Origin: Anaeromyxobacter sp.
GTDB lineage: Bacteria; Myxococcota; Myxococcia; Myxococcales; Anaeromyxobacteraceae
Assembly: GCA_049840735.1 (NCBI GenBank)
Contig: JASGJN010000023.1
Location: forward strand, 64,001 to 128,000
DNA: 64,000 bases
Direction of reading: 5' to 3'
The notes beneath the pieces were generated by a model that searched no databases, had not been told where the DNA came from, and saw only the letters and a program-made list of their open reading frames with translations. Shown here one piece after another: positions 52,558 to 62,078 of the stretch. Position numbers and translations under genes: made by a program. Position 1 is the stretch's first letter, and each line of letters begins with the position of its first letter.

Positions 52558-53298
52558 TCAGTTCGTCGACAGCCTGGCCAGGTCGTCCGCGGCCAGCGGG
52601 AAGTCGCTCTCCCTGGCCAGCACGTCCTGGAGCTTCGCCACCGCCGTGGCCTTGTCGTTGCGGTCCTTGGCGTCCAGCGCCTGCGAGTAGGTGAGCGCGG
52701 TGGCGGTGTCGAGCTTCCGGGGCGGCTTCCTGGCCCTGGCCTTCTGCACGGCCGGCGCCGCCGGCGCGCCCGCGGCGCCGGCCGGCGCGGGCGGGAGGGG
52801 CGGCAGCCGCGTGGCCAGGAAGCCGGCCAGCCCGCTGCTCAGCTTCTGCTCCACCGCCAGGAAGTCGCCGGGCGGGCCGCTGGCGTTGAGCGCGTAGAGC
52901 ACGCGGCCGGTCTCGGTCTCCACCAGGCGCGACGAGGCCGAGAGGCCGGCGCCGAGCTGGAAGTAGGAGCCGAACACCAGGTAGCGGGCCCCGAGCAGCT
53001 TGCCCACGCGCACGGCGGTGGACGGGTCGATCCGGCTGGTGTGCTGCAGGTCCAGCTCGGCCAGCACCTCCTGCAGCCGGTCGCGCTCGACCACCGTCAC
53101 CTGCTCCAGGCCCACCAGGTCGGCGCTGATCATCTGCGCCAGCCCCTTGCGCAGCACGGCCAGCTGCTCGTCCGGCCCCTGGTAGTCGAAGTAGAGCACC
53201 GCCACCGTGGGCAGCGCCGGCGCGGGCGCCGCCGCGGCCCGGGCCGCGGCCAGCAGCAGCGCCGCACAGCACCCCAGCCTCGCTCCGGACACGCTCAT
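52558..53298 (-). CDS. CsgG/HfaB-like exported protein
   Basis: TVAVLYFD, VVERDRLQEVLAE, AVRVGKLLGARYLVFGS, RLVETETG. Confidence 0.8.
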   Translation of the reverse strand: MSVSGARLGCCAALLLAAARAAAAPAPALPTVAVLYFDYQGPDEQLAVLRKGLAQMISADLVGLEQVTVVERDRLQEVLAELDLQHTSRIDPSTAVRVGKLLGARYLVFGSYFQLGAGLSASSRLVETETGRVLYALNASGPPGDFLAVEQKLSSGLAGFLATRLPPLPPAPAGAAGAPAAPAVQKARARKPPRKLDTATALTYSQALDAKDRNDKATAVAKLQDVLARESDFPLAADDLARLSTN

Positions 53299-54236
53299 CC
53301 CTCGCCCCCCTGCAGGACCACGATGTCTCCGGGCTGGACGGGCTGGTCCGCGGTGAGCCGGAGCACGCGCGCCTTCGAGAGCGCCGCCTCCACGCCGTCC
53401 ACCTCGGCCTCGCCCAGCACCACCTTCTCCCAGCCCAGCTGCTTCTTCGTCACCGGGTGGATGAGCCGCCTCGTGGGCCGGACGATCACCAGCCGCTGCT
53501 TCACGCGGAGGTCGCGCTCCGAGCCGATGTCCGTCACGAGCCGGTCGCCGTCCACCGAGACGACGTAGCCCACCACCAGCGCGCTCCGCGACAGCTTCTC
53601 GCTGAGCGTCAGCACGGCGGCCGTGGCCGCCTTGACGTACTCCGCCTCGGGGTTGCGCAGCCCGCTGATGACCGTGCCGTGCGCGTCGGTCACCACCTTG
53701 GCCTCGGCGCGCCCGCTGGCGTTCTCGGTGAAGACGAACCTGCCGGTGCTGGTCTCGATGGCGCGGGACTCCACCCGCACCTCGGTGACCACCAGGTCGT
53801 AGGCGAACTTGTCCACCTTCTCCTGCGACGCCGCCGCCACGCTGCCGAAGACCACGAGCTGCGCGCCCACCAGCTTCCCGATGCGCGCCGCGGTGGACAC
53901 GTCCACCTTGCCGGACTGTCCCAGCTGCTGCTCGGCCAGGATCTGGTCGAGCTTGGCGCGCTCCACCAGCTCGAAGCGGCCGCTCTTGAACAGGGCGGAG
54001 GCCAGGATGTCGGCCGCGTGGAGCTGGCCGACCTGCTCCATGCCCTCGCCGAAGCTGAAGGGCAGCACCGCCAGCGTCTGGCGGGTGCTGGCGCCGTCGG
54101 CGGCCAGGTCGAAGTAGCGGTCGTCCCAGTCGCGCGGGAGCGTCACGGGCTGGGCCGCCCAGGCGCCCGCGGCCGCCAGCGCCAGCAGGCAGGCCAGCAG
54201 GGCGCGGACGCAGGACGCCAGGGCGGAGCGGCTCAC
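53295..54236 (-). CDS. CsgG/HfaB-like exported protein with FlgT-C-like tail
   Basis: LAVLPF, FELVERAKLDQILAEQ, AARIGKLVGA; tail IHPVTKKQLG; GTG start overlapping upstream stop. Confidence 0.8.
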   Translation of the reverse strand: MSRSALASCVRALLACLLALAAAGAWAAQPVTLPRDWDDRYFDLAADGASTRQTLAVLPFSFGEGMEQVGQLHAADILASALFKSGRFELVERAKLDQILAEQQLGQSGKVDVSTAARIGKLVGAQLVVFGSVAAASQEKVDKFAYDLVVTEVRVESRAIETSTGRFVFTENASGRAEAKVVTDAHGTVISGLRNPEAEYVKAATAAVLTLSEKLSRSALVVGYVVSVDGDRLVTDIGSERDLRVKQRLVIVRPTRRLIHPVTKKQLGWEKVVLGEAEVDGVEAALSKARVLRLTADQPVQPGDIVVLQGGEG

Positions 54237-54955
54237 AGCAGCGACCCGAGGCCCTGCGCCAGCCGGGTGATGGCCTTGGCGAGCTCGGGGGCCCGCTCGG
54301 CGGCGTCCTTCACGTGCACGCCGGAGAGGGCCAGGGCCGCGCCGACGCCGGGGACCTTCATGGCGTCGAAGCCGGTGAAGTCCTTGGACACGCTCTGGCT
54401 GAGCGAGGAGCCCTGCTCCACCAGCTGGGTGGAGGTCTCCGGCACCTTGGCCAGGAAGCCGCCCACCACGGTGGCGCTGGCCGCCCCCTTGGTCGCGAAC
54501 GCCAGCTCCTCCTCGGACAGCGAGGCCATCTTCTTCTTGAGCGCGAGCAGCGCCAGCGACTGCTCCTCGCTGAGCTGGTCGGGCGGGGTGTCGCCGACGA
54601 TCTCCTTCGCGGCGTCCTTCATGGCGCCGGAGGCCGCGATGTTCCGGGCGTAGCCCTTGAGCGAGGTGGTCAGGGTGTCGGTCGTCGCCTGCGAGACGAT
54701 CATCCCGGCGTCCATGAAGGCGGCGTCCTGGAGGAACTGGTCGTAGCGGGCCTTGCCCGTCGGCTGCCACTCCACCTTCTTGGAGGCGAGCGGATCGGCG
54801 CCCAGGATCGGCACCTCGCCGAAGGCGCCCTTGATGGAGTCGAGGGTGACGCGCTTGGCGCCGGCGGCCCGCGAGGCGGTCGGCGCGACGAGGACCACGG
54901 CCAGGGCCAGCAGGGCGACCGCCCGTGCGGAACGCGAAGGATCGAGGAAGTGCAT
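54233..54955 (-). CDS. Exported helical hypothetical protein
   Basis: Signal peptide; RBS GGAG; first gene of a 3-gene overlapping operon. Confidence 0.75.
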   Translation of the reverse strand: MHFLDPSRSARAVALLALAVVLVAPTASRAAGAKRVTLDSIKGAFGEVPILGADPLASKKVEWQPTGKARYDQFLQDAAFMDAGMIVSQATTDTLTTSLKGYARNIAASGAMKDAAKEIVGDTPPDQLSEEQSLALLALKKKMASLSEEELAFATKGAASATVVGGFLAKVPETSTQLVEQGSSLSQSVSKDFTGFDAMKVPGVGAALALSGVHVKDAAERAPELAKAITRLAQGLGSLL

Positions 54956-55169
54956 GTCGTCTCCACCTGACCGGGAGCGCGCGCGCGAGGCCCACCCCTC
55001 CAGCGCCTCGTCCCGGAGCGTGGCGCGCACGCTAGACCGTTTGCCTCGGGTGATGCAACGGCGATGCGCCCGAGCGGCGGCGGCGAGCTTTGTGACCGGT
55101 CGAACCTCGGCCGTTTCGCCGCAGGCGGCCGCGGGACGGCCCGCGCGGCCGGCGCGCCGGCCCCGTGCG

Positions 55170-57164
55170 TCAGGCCTGGAGCGGGATCGAGACCACCGCC
55201 ATGGGGATGCCGTCGCGCTGCAGGCGCGTCTGCAGCGCGACCGCGAGGTCGTCCCGCAGCAGCGGATCGACGGCGGAGGCGTCCAGCGCCGACCGGAAGC
55301 CGATCACGACGCCCTGGCCGCGGCGATCGCGGAGGAGCTCGGTCACGAGCGCCGCCTGCGTCTCGATCACGTCGGCGCCGCGCCGGAGCTCGACGGCCAC
55401 CGGCAGGCCGGCGCGCCGCACCTCCGCCGCCAGCCGGTCGAGCCCGAGGCGGCGGGCGCGCTCCACCTGCCGGAGCTGCGCCTCGCCCTGCACCGCCTCC
55501 ACGTCGAGCAGCGCCACGCTGGCCAGGACGACGCCGCCCAGGCCGGCCGGGAGCCGCGCCAGCCAGGTCAGCGCGACGCGCGCCAGGTCGGTCCGCTCGT
55601 CGAGCACCAGCACCGCCACCGGCGCGTCCCGCGCGATGAGATCGCCGGTGCTCGCCGGCGGCGGGCGGCGCTCGGGTGGCACCACCGGGGGCTGGGCCGA
55701 GCCCTGCGCCCGGTCCACCGCGTGGGCGAGCGCGCCGTAGCGGCGCCTCACGGTCGAGGCGAACAGCACGGTCGCGGCGATGAGCGCCAGCGTCACCGCG
55801 GCGCCGGCGCGCCACGAGGCGACGCTTCCGCCCAGGATGGCCAGGCACATGGCCAGCGCCACGGCGTGCACCAGCGCGTCCGCGCTCCAGGGGACGCGCA
55901 GCAGCCGCCGCCGGAGGGCGTGGCGCAGCATCGTCCACTGGCTGATCGTGAACGTGACGAAGACGCTGATCACGAACACGGCGATGAGCGGCTCGAGTCG
56001 TGCCCCGGTGAGCGCCGTGGCCGCGAGCGCCACCGCCGCGATGACCAGGATGCCCGGCGCCGGCGCGAGCCGGCCGTTGAGCCGGGTCAGGCGCTGGGGG
56101 AGGAACCGGTCGGTGGCGAGCGCGCCCAGGATGCGGGGGCCGTCCACGAACCCGGTCTGCGCCGCCATGACGAGCAGGGCGGCCTCGGACGCCAGCGGCA
56201 CGGCCACGGCGGCGCGGGCCAGCGCGCCGTCGCCGAACAGCCCGGACACGTGCTCGAAGAGGATGGCGTTCATGGGCCGATCGCCGGCGGGCCGCACGTC
56301 GTAGAGCACGAAGGCGGTGAGGATGACGGCGATGATCACCGCGGGGATCCCGGCCAGCAGCGCCATGGTCCGGCGGGCCGAGCGCACCTTGGGATCGCGG
56401 AGGATGGGCACGCCGTTGGAGATCGACTCCAGGCCGGTGTAGATGGCGCCCCCCAGGGCGTAGGCGCGGAGCACGGTCCCCAGCGCGCCCAGGGTGCCCT
56501 GCTCGCCCGCGAGCCGGGCCAGGTCCGCCGGGACGGGCGCCACCACGCCGGGCAGCGCCCCGGCCCGGTCCGCCACCGCCAGCCCCAGCACCCACACGTG
56601 CGAGACCACGAAGGCGATCACGATGGGGATGAGGACCGCCACCGACTCCTTCACGCCGCGCAGGTTGAGGACCGCGAGGAGGAGCACGAGCGCCACCGCG
56701 ACCGGGAGCCGGGCCGCCGCCCAGGCCTCGGGCAGGAGCGCGGCCGCGGCCTCGACGCAGGTCACCACCGAGACGGCGACATTGAACCCGGCGTCGAAGA
56801 CCAGCGCCACGCCGGAGACGAGGGCGAGCCGCTCGCCCACCACGTGCTTCGCGGCGGTGTACCCCCCGCCACCGTGCGGGAAGTGCGCCACCATGCGCGT
56901 GTAGGCGTAGGCGAGGACCCCCAGGGTGAGGAGCGTGGCGAGGCCTGCCACCACCAGCACCGAGCGGTGCCCGGCGCTGGCCCGCGTGAGCACGTCGGGG
57001 CCGTAGACGCAGGACCCCAGCAGATCCCCGCCCATGGCGATCCAGGCCATGAGGACGCCGACGGTGACCCGCTCGAAGATCCGCGGATCGTTGACGTCGT
57101 GGTCCGCGCCGAGGACGGCCTCCCGGAGCTGGCGCAGGGGCTTCACCCCCTGGACGATGCGCAT
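55170..57164 (-). CDS. APC-family permease (YdaO/KimA-like)
   Basis: LLGSCVYGP, FPHGGGGY, LNLRGVKES, YTGLESISNG, AAQTGFVDGPR; about 12 TM plus cytoplasmic tail; start uncertain. Confidence 0.85.
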   Translation of the reverse strand: MRIVQGVKPLRQLREAVLGADHDVNDPRIFERVTVGVLMAWIAMGGDLLGSCVYGPDVLTRASAGHRSVLVVAGLATLLTLGVLAYAYTRMVAHFPHGGGGYTAAKHVVGERLALVSGVALVFDAGFNVAVSVVTCVEAAAALLPEAWAAARLPVAVALVLLLAVLNLRGVKESVAVLIPIVIAFVVSHVWVLGLAVADRAGALPGVVAPVPADLARLAGEQGTLGALGTVLRAYALGGAIYTGLESISNGVPILRDPKVRSARRTMALLAGIPAVIIAVILTAFVLYDVRPAGDRPMNAILFEHVSGLFGDGALARAAVAVPLASEAALLVMAAQTGFVDGPRILGALATDRFLPQRLTRLNGRLAPAPGILVIAAVALAATALTGARLEPLIAVFVISVFVTFTISQWTMLRHALRRRLLRVPWSADALVHAVALAMCLAILGGSVASWRAGAAVTLALIAATVLFASTVRRRYGALAHAVDRAQGSAQPPVVPPERRPPPASTGDLIARDAPVAVLVLDERTDLARVALTWLARLPAGLGGVVLASVALLDVEAVQGEAQLRQVERARRLGLDRLAAEVRRAGLPVAVELRRGADVIETQAALVTELLRDRRGQGVVIGFRSALDASAVDPLLRDDLAVALQTRLQRDGIPMAVVSIPLQA

Positions 57165-57206
57165 CGCCGGGACGGCGGGCTCGCCCGGCTGGCGGGACGG
57201 GAGCCG

Positions 57207-57256
57207 AAAGAAGAAAGCCCGATCGCACCCCGGCTCGTTCCGGGAGGCGATCGGGC
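57207..57256 (-). terminator. Intrinsic terminator after amtB
   Basis: GCCCGATCGC...GCGATCGGGC stem followed by TTTCTTCTTT on the minus strand. Confidence 0.75.
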
Positions 57257-57280
57257 CCATGACCAACGGCTTGCTGCGCG

Positions 57281-58717
57281 CTACTTCGCGGTGGCCCCCA
57301 GGGCCGGCGCGTGCGCGTGGCCGAGCGCCGCCGGGCTGGCTCCGGCGGTGGAGACGTCCGCCTCGCCGGTCACGTAGGCCCGCTCGCCCGCCTCGGCCTG
57401 GTCGAGGCCCGTCCACTCGTCCTGCTCCTCGGCGCGCAGCGGCGTGATGGCGCCGACCAGCTTGTAGAGCGCGAAGGAGAGGACGCCGGAGAAGATGAGG
57501 GTGACGATCACGCCCACGGCCTGCTTGCCGAGGAGCGCCAGGCTGCCGTCCGCGCCGGCCGGGTTGATGGCGGTGGAGGCGAAGACGCCGGTCAGCAGGG
57601 CGCCCAGCGTGGCGGCCACGCCGTGCACCGCGAACACGTCGAGGGAGTCGTCGAGGCCGAGCTTGGGCCGGACGCTGATGGCGGTGAAGGAGGCCAGGGC
57701 GGCCAGCGCGCCGATGAGCAGGCCGGCCAGCGGGGTCACGAAGCCGGCCGCCGGGGTGATGGCCACCATGCCGGCCACGGCGCCCGAGGCGAGCCCCACG
57801 CCGGAGACCTTGCCGTGCTTCACCAGCTCCGCCAGGCCCCAGGCCGCCGCGGCGGCCGCCGGGGCGAAGAAGGTGTTCACGAAGCCGGTGCCGGCCAGGC
57901 CGTTGGCGGCCAGCGCGCTGCCGCCGTTGAAGCCGAGCCAGCCGAACCAGAGCAGGCCCATGCCCAGGATGGCGAACGGGACGTTGTGCGGCAGCACGGT
58001 CGGCGTCCTCAGGCCGGAGCGCTTCCCGAGCAGGATGGCGCCCACCAGCGCGGCCGCGGCGGCGTTGATGTGCACCACCGTCCCGCCGGCGAAGTCGAGG
58101 ACGCCCAGGCCGCGCAGCCAGCCGCCCGGAGCCCACACCCAGTGCGCGACCGGCGCGTAGACCACCAGGCTCCAGAGGGCGACGAAGAGGATGAAGGCCT
58201 TGATCCGCACGCGCTCGACGATGGCGCCGGAGATGAGGGCCGGCGTGATCACCGCGAACATGGCCTGGAAGAGCATGAAGGCCGAGTGCGGGATGGTGCC
58301 CGCCAGCGACGGCTCCGGCGCGTCACCGACGCCCGAGAGCCCCAGCCAGCCCAGGCCGCCGACCACCGAGTCGAGCGCGCCGCCGGGCGAGAACGCCAGG
58401 CTGTAGCCGATGAGCGCCCAGAGGACGCCCACGATGGCCATGCACACGAGGGAGAGGTTCATCGTGTGCACCACGTTCTTCGAGCGGACCAGGCCGCCGT
58501 AGAAGAAGGCCAGGCCCGGGGTCATCAGCATCACCAGGCCGGCGCTGATCAGCACCAGCGCGGTGTCGCCGGTGTCGGCGGTGGGCGGCGCGTCTGCGGC
58601 GAAGGCGAGCGCCGGCGCAGCCAGCGCCAGGGCGGCGAGGAGCAGCCTCTGCCCCCACCGTCCAGGTCGATGCGGGGCGAGGTCCGTGGCGAGCTCCAGC
58701 CTGGTCGTTCCGTTCAT
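57281..58717 (-). CDS. amtB: Ammonium transporter
   Basis: LMTPGLAFFYGG, FQAMFA, DFAGGTVVH, LLWFGWLGFNGGS, DDSLDVFAVHG; RBS GAGGA. Confidence 0.96.
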   Translation of the reverse strand: MNGTTRLELATDLAPHRPGRWGQRLLLAALALAAPALAFAADAPPTADTGDTALVLISAGLVMLMTPGLAFFYGGLVRSKNVVHTMNLSLVCMAIVGVLWALIGYSLAFSPGGALDSVVGGLGWLGLSGVGDAPEPSLAGTIPHSAFMLFQAMFAVITPALISGAIVERVRIKAFILFVALWSLVVYAPVAHWVWAPGGWLRGLGVLDFAGGTVVHINAAAAALVGAILLGKRSGLRTPTVLPHNVPFAILGMGLLWFGWLGFNGGSALAANGLAGTGFVNTFFAPAAAAAAWGLAELVKHGKVSGVGLASGAVAGMVAITPAAGFVTPLAGLLIGALAALASFTAISVRPKLGLDDSLDVFAVHGVAATLGALLTGVFASTAINPAGADGSLALLGKQAVGVIVTLIFSGVLSFALYKLVGAITPLRAEEQDEWTGLDQAEAGERAYVTGEADVSTAGASPAALGHAHAPALGATAK

Positions 58718-58796
58718 GTCGTCATTCCTCGTTGCCGGCGGCGGGCGGCCCTTCGGCCGCGTTCGGTCGGGAGCGCCGGACCTGGGACAGGCACAC

Positions 58797-58812
58797 TGCA
58801 TCGTGCATGCCC
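58797..58812 (-). promoter_or_regulatory. Putative sigma54 promoter for amtB
   Basis: Minus strand GGGCATGCACGATGCA (GG-N10-GC), 80 bp upstream of the ATG; amtB is commonly NtrC/sigma54-controlled. Confidence 0.55.
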
Positions 58813-59153
58813 GGACCATGCGGAGTGCGGTGGGAGCGGAACTGCGGGTGGGAGGGCCGGTCCGGACCCCGGCGGTCGGCGCCAGCTGCCCGGTTCCCGG
58901 GACGAGGATGCCGCCTGGTCGGGCAGCGGTGGCCTTCGAGGGGGGAGCGGTGCCCGAGGACAGGGCACGAACTCCGGGCGCACGGAGCCCGGTTCGCAGG
59001 CAGCAGGGCAGCGCGCTGCCCTCGCGCGGGGCGCAGGGATGAGGCGGCGCCCAGCGGGCCTGGAGCCGGGCCCGCGCGGCGGCCGCCCCTGGTTCACGCT
59101 TCCGCTGGCGCGCAGCGTCCGCGCCGTGCCATGGATGACTCCCAGGAGAACCG

Positions 59154-59918
59154 ATGGTCCGCCGCCTCCCGCTCGCGCTCACCACCCTGCTCGTCGCGCT
59201 CCCTGCCCTCGCCCAGCCGCCGCGCCAGCCGCTGCGCATCGCGGCGGCGGCCAACCTCAAGACCGCCGCCGAGGCGCTGGAGCAGGCCTTCGAGGCCGAG
59301 CGGCCAGGCGTGGACGTGGTCCTCTCGCTGGGAGCGTCCGGCGTGTTCTACGCACAGATCAGGGAGGGCGCGCCCTTCGACCTGTTCCTCTCGGCGGATC
59401 GCGAGTACCCGGCCAAGCTGGTCGAAGCCGGGCTGGCCTCGGACGAGCAGGTCTACGCGCTCGGGAAGCTGGTGGCCTGGCTGCCGCCGGGCTCGACCGT
59501 GCCGCTGGAGGCCCGGGGGCTCTCCGCGCTGGCCAATCCGGCGGTGAAGCGGATCGCCATCGCCAACCCGGCGGTGGCGCCGTTCGGTCGCGCCACCGAG
59601 GCGGCCTTCAAGGCGGCCGGCGTCCACGAGGCGGTGAAGGGCAAGCTGGTGCTGGGCACCAGCGTGGCGCAGGCGGCGCAGTTCGCCACCACGGGCGCGG
59701 CGGACGTGGCCTTCCTGCCGTACGCGCTCACCCTCGGCCCGGAGCTGGCCGGGGGCCGGACGGTGCCCGTGCCGGAGGCGCTCTACCCGCGCATCGAGCA
59801 GTCCGGCGTGGTGGTCGGGGGCGCCGCCGCTCCCGCCGCCGCGCGCGCCTTCCTGGCCTTCCTCACCGGCGAGAGGGGGCGGTCCATCCTGGCGCGGCTG
59901 GGGTACGGGCTGCCCTGA
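59154..59918 (+). CDS. modA: Molybdate ABC transporter substrate-binding protein
   Basis: AAAANL, GASG, GAPFDLFLSAD, IAIANP..APFG. Confidence 0.92.
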   Translation: MVRRLPLALTTLLVALPALAQPPRQPLRIAAAANLKTAAEALEQAFEAERPGVDVVLSLGASGVFYAQIREGAPFDLFLSADREYPAKLVEAGLASDEQVYALGKLVAWLPPGSTVPLEARGLSALANPAVKRIAIANPAVAPFGRATEAAFKAAGVHEAVKGKLVLGTSVAQAAQFATTGAADVAFLPYALTLGPELAGGRTVPVPEALYPRIEQSGVVVGGAAAPAAARAFLAFLTGERGRSILARLGYGLP

Positions 59919-60041
59919 CGGATCCCGACCCCCGCGAGGGTCTGGCCTTCCTCCTCGACCGTCGCCGTTGCACGCCGCCGGCCGCCATCCGCTAGCATGG
60001 GGGCGTCGCCGATCACTGGGCGGCGACGGCAGGGGGCACCG

Positions 60042-61994
60042 GTGACGGGTCGGGCCGAGGATCCCGAGCAGCTCGACGCCTCGCCGGAGGCGCGCGAGGC
60101 GCGGCTGCGCGCGATGGTCGAGCGCGCCGAGGCCGCCTCGAGCGAGAGCGAGGCGCGCCACCGGCGGCTGGTGGACGAGCTGACCGACGGCCTGTTCGTG
60201 GCCGATGCCGAGGGGCGCTACACCGACGTCAACCCGGCCGGCTGCCGGCTGCTGGGCATGACGCGCGAGGAGGTGCTGGGGAGCACCTTCCTCGACGTCC
60301 TCGATCCTGCGGAGATCCCGCGGCTGCCCGGGGCCATCGCGTCCTTCGCCGACGGCAAGGTGCACCGCAGCGAGTGGCGCTACCGCCGCCAGGACGGCTC
60401 CACCTTCATCGGCGAGCTGGACGGGCGGCGGCTGCCGGATGGGCGCTTCCAGGGGCTGCTGCGCGACATCACGGACCGGAAGCAGGCGCAGCAGGCGCTG
60501 GCCGAGAGCGTGGAGGCGGCCCGGGTGCGGGCCGAGCTGGTCGAGCACGCGCCGGTCCTGGTCCGCGACCTGGAGGACCGGATCATCGCCTGGAACGAGG
60601 GGTCGCGCCGGCTGTACGGCTTCACCAAGGACCAGGCGCTGGGGAGGGCGAGCCACGCGCTCCTGTGCACCCGGCCCCCGGCGCCGCTGTCGGAGCTGCG
60701 GCGGACGCTGGAGCGCGACGGGCGGTGGGAGGGGGAGCTGCGGCAGCTGCGGGCCGACGGCCAGGAGCTGGTGGTGGCCACGCAGTGGGTGCTGCACCGG
60801 GACGCCACCGGGGCGCCGGCGGCGGTGGTCGAGGTGAACATCGACGTGACCGAGCGCACCCGGGCCGAGGCGGCGCTCCGCCGCGCCCACGCGCTCCTCT
60901 CCGAGGCCGACCGCCAGAAGACGCACTTCCTGGCCGTGCTCTCGCACGAGCTGCGGAACCCGCTCGCGCCCATCCGGAACGGCATCCACCTGCTGGGCCA
61001 CGCGCCGGCCGACAGCGAGCCGGGGCGCCGGGCGCTCGAGGTCCTCCGGCGCCAGGCCGAGCACCTCACCCGGCTGGTGGACGACCTGCTGGACGTGACC
61101 CGCATCTCGGCCGGGAAGATCGAGCTGCAGCGGCAGCGGGTGGAGCTGCGCGAGGTGGTCCGGGGATCGATCGACGACGCGCGGGGGCTGTTCGAGCGGG
61201 CGGAGGTCCAGCTCCGGGAGGAGGTGGCCACCGGGCCGGCCTGGGTGGACGCCGATCCGACGCGGCTGGCGCAGGTGATCGGCAACCTCCTGCACAACGC
61301 GCAGAAGTTCACGCCGGCCGGGGGCGCGGTGACGGTGCGCCTGGAAGCCGGCGGGCTGGGCGCCCGGCTCCGGATCCGCGACACGGGCGCCGGGATGCCG
61401 CCCGGCCGCGAGCACGAGATGTTCGAGCCGTTCGCCCAGGGTGATCAGGGCGTGGCCCGGACCAAGGGCGGGCTCGGGCTGGGGCTGGCGCTGGTGAAGT
61501 CGCTGGTCGAGATGCACGGCGGGCTGGTCCGGGCCAGGAGCGAGGGGCCGGGGCGCGGGACCGAGTTCGTGGTGGAGCTGCCGCTGGCCGAGGGGCGGGC
61601 AGCGGCGGACCGGAGCGAGCCGCACCGCGGCGGCGGCCGGTCGATCCTGGTCATCGAGGACAACCTGGACACGGCCGAGTCGCTGAAGGACGTGCTGGAG
61701 CTGGCGGGGCACGCGGTCCGCACCGCGCCGGACGGTCTCTCCGGGCTGGCGCGCGCGGCCGAGGAGCGGCCGGAGGTGGTGCTGTGCGACATCGGCCTCC
61801 CGGGCATCGACGGCTACGAGGTGGCGCGGCGGCTCCGCGCCGACCCGGCCATGCAGCGCGTGCGGCTCATCGCGCTCACCGGCTACGCGCAGCCGGAGGA
61901 CCGGCGGCGCGCGGTCGAGGCGGGGTTCGACGCGCACCTGGCCAAGCCGCCGGACCTGGCGCTGCTGCAGAAGCTGATGGGGAACGGGACCTGA
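60042..61994 (+). CDS. Cytoplasmic PAS-PAS hybrid histidine kinase
   Basis: Two PAS/PAC domains, SHELRNPL, NAQKFT, GLGLGL, receiver LCDIGLPG. Confidence 0.93.
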   Translation: MTGRAEDPEQLDASPEAREARLRAMVERAEAASSESEARHRRLVDELTDGLFVADAEGRYTDVNPAGCRLLGMTREEVLGSTFLDVLDPAEIPRLPGAIASFADGKVHRSEWRYRRQDGSTFIGELDGRRLPDGRFQGLLRDITDRKQAQQALAESVEAARVRAELVEHAPVLVRDLEDRIIAWNEGSRRLYGFTKDQALGRASHALLCTRPPAPLSELRRTLERDGRWEGELRQLRADGQELVVATQWVLHRDATGAPAAVVEVNIDVTERTRAEAALRRAHALLSEADRQKTHFLAVLSHELRNPLAPIRNGIHLLGHAPADSEPGRRALEVLRRQAEHLTRLVDDLLDVTRISAGKIELQRQRVELREVVRGSIDDARGLFERAEVQLREEVATGPAWVDADPTRLAQVIGNLLHNAQKFTPAGGAVTVRLEAGGLGARLRIRDTGAGMPPGREHEMFEPFAQGDQGVARTKGGLGLGLALVKSLVEMHGGLVRARSEGPGRGTEFVVELPLAEGRAAADRSEPHRGGGRSILVIEDNLDTAESLKDVLELAGHAVRTAPDGLSGLARAAEERPEVVLCDIGLPGIDGYEVARRLRADPAMQRVRLIALTGYAQPEDRRRAVEAGFDAHLAKPPDLALLQKLMGNGT

Positions 61995-62078
61995 GGGCCC
62001 CGGGCGCAGGTGAGCGCGCATAATCCGCAACGGGCCCCGAACGCCGGCCGAACAGGGCGCGCGCAAGGTACGATCGCC

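Noticed and set aside
57165..57280. c-di-AMP (ydaO) riboswitch before the KimA-like permease
   Set aside because: The space is short and occupied by an ordinary terminator hairpin; no conserved riboswitch motifs
55170..58136. AmtB-APC permease fusion (988 aa)
   Set aside because: The upstream part is an off-frame reading of amtB; amtB has its own stop and a terminator
58920..59150. Moco riboswitch upstream of modA
   Set aside because: Consensus elements were not recognisable by eye; an Rfam scan is needed
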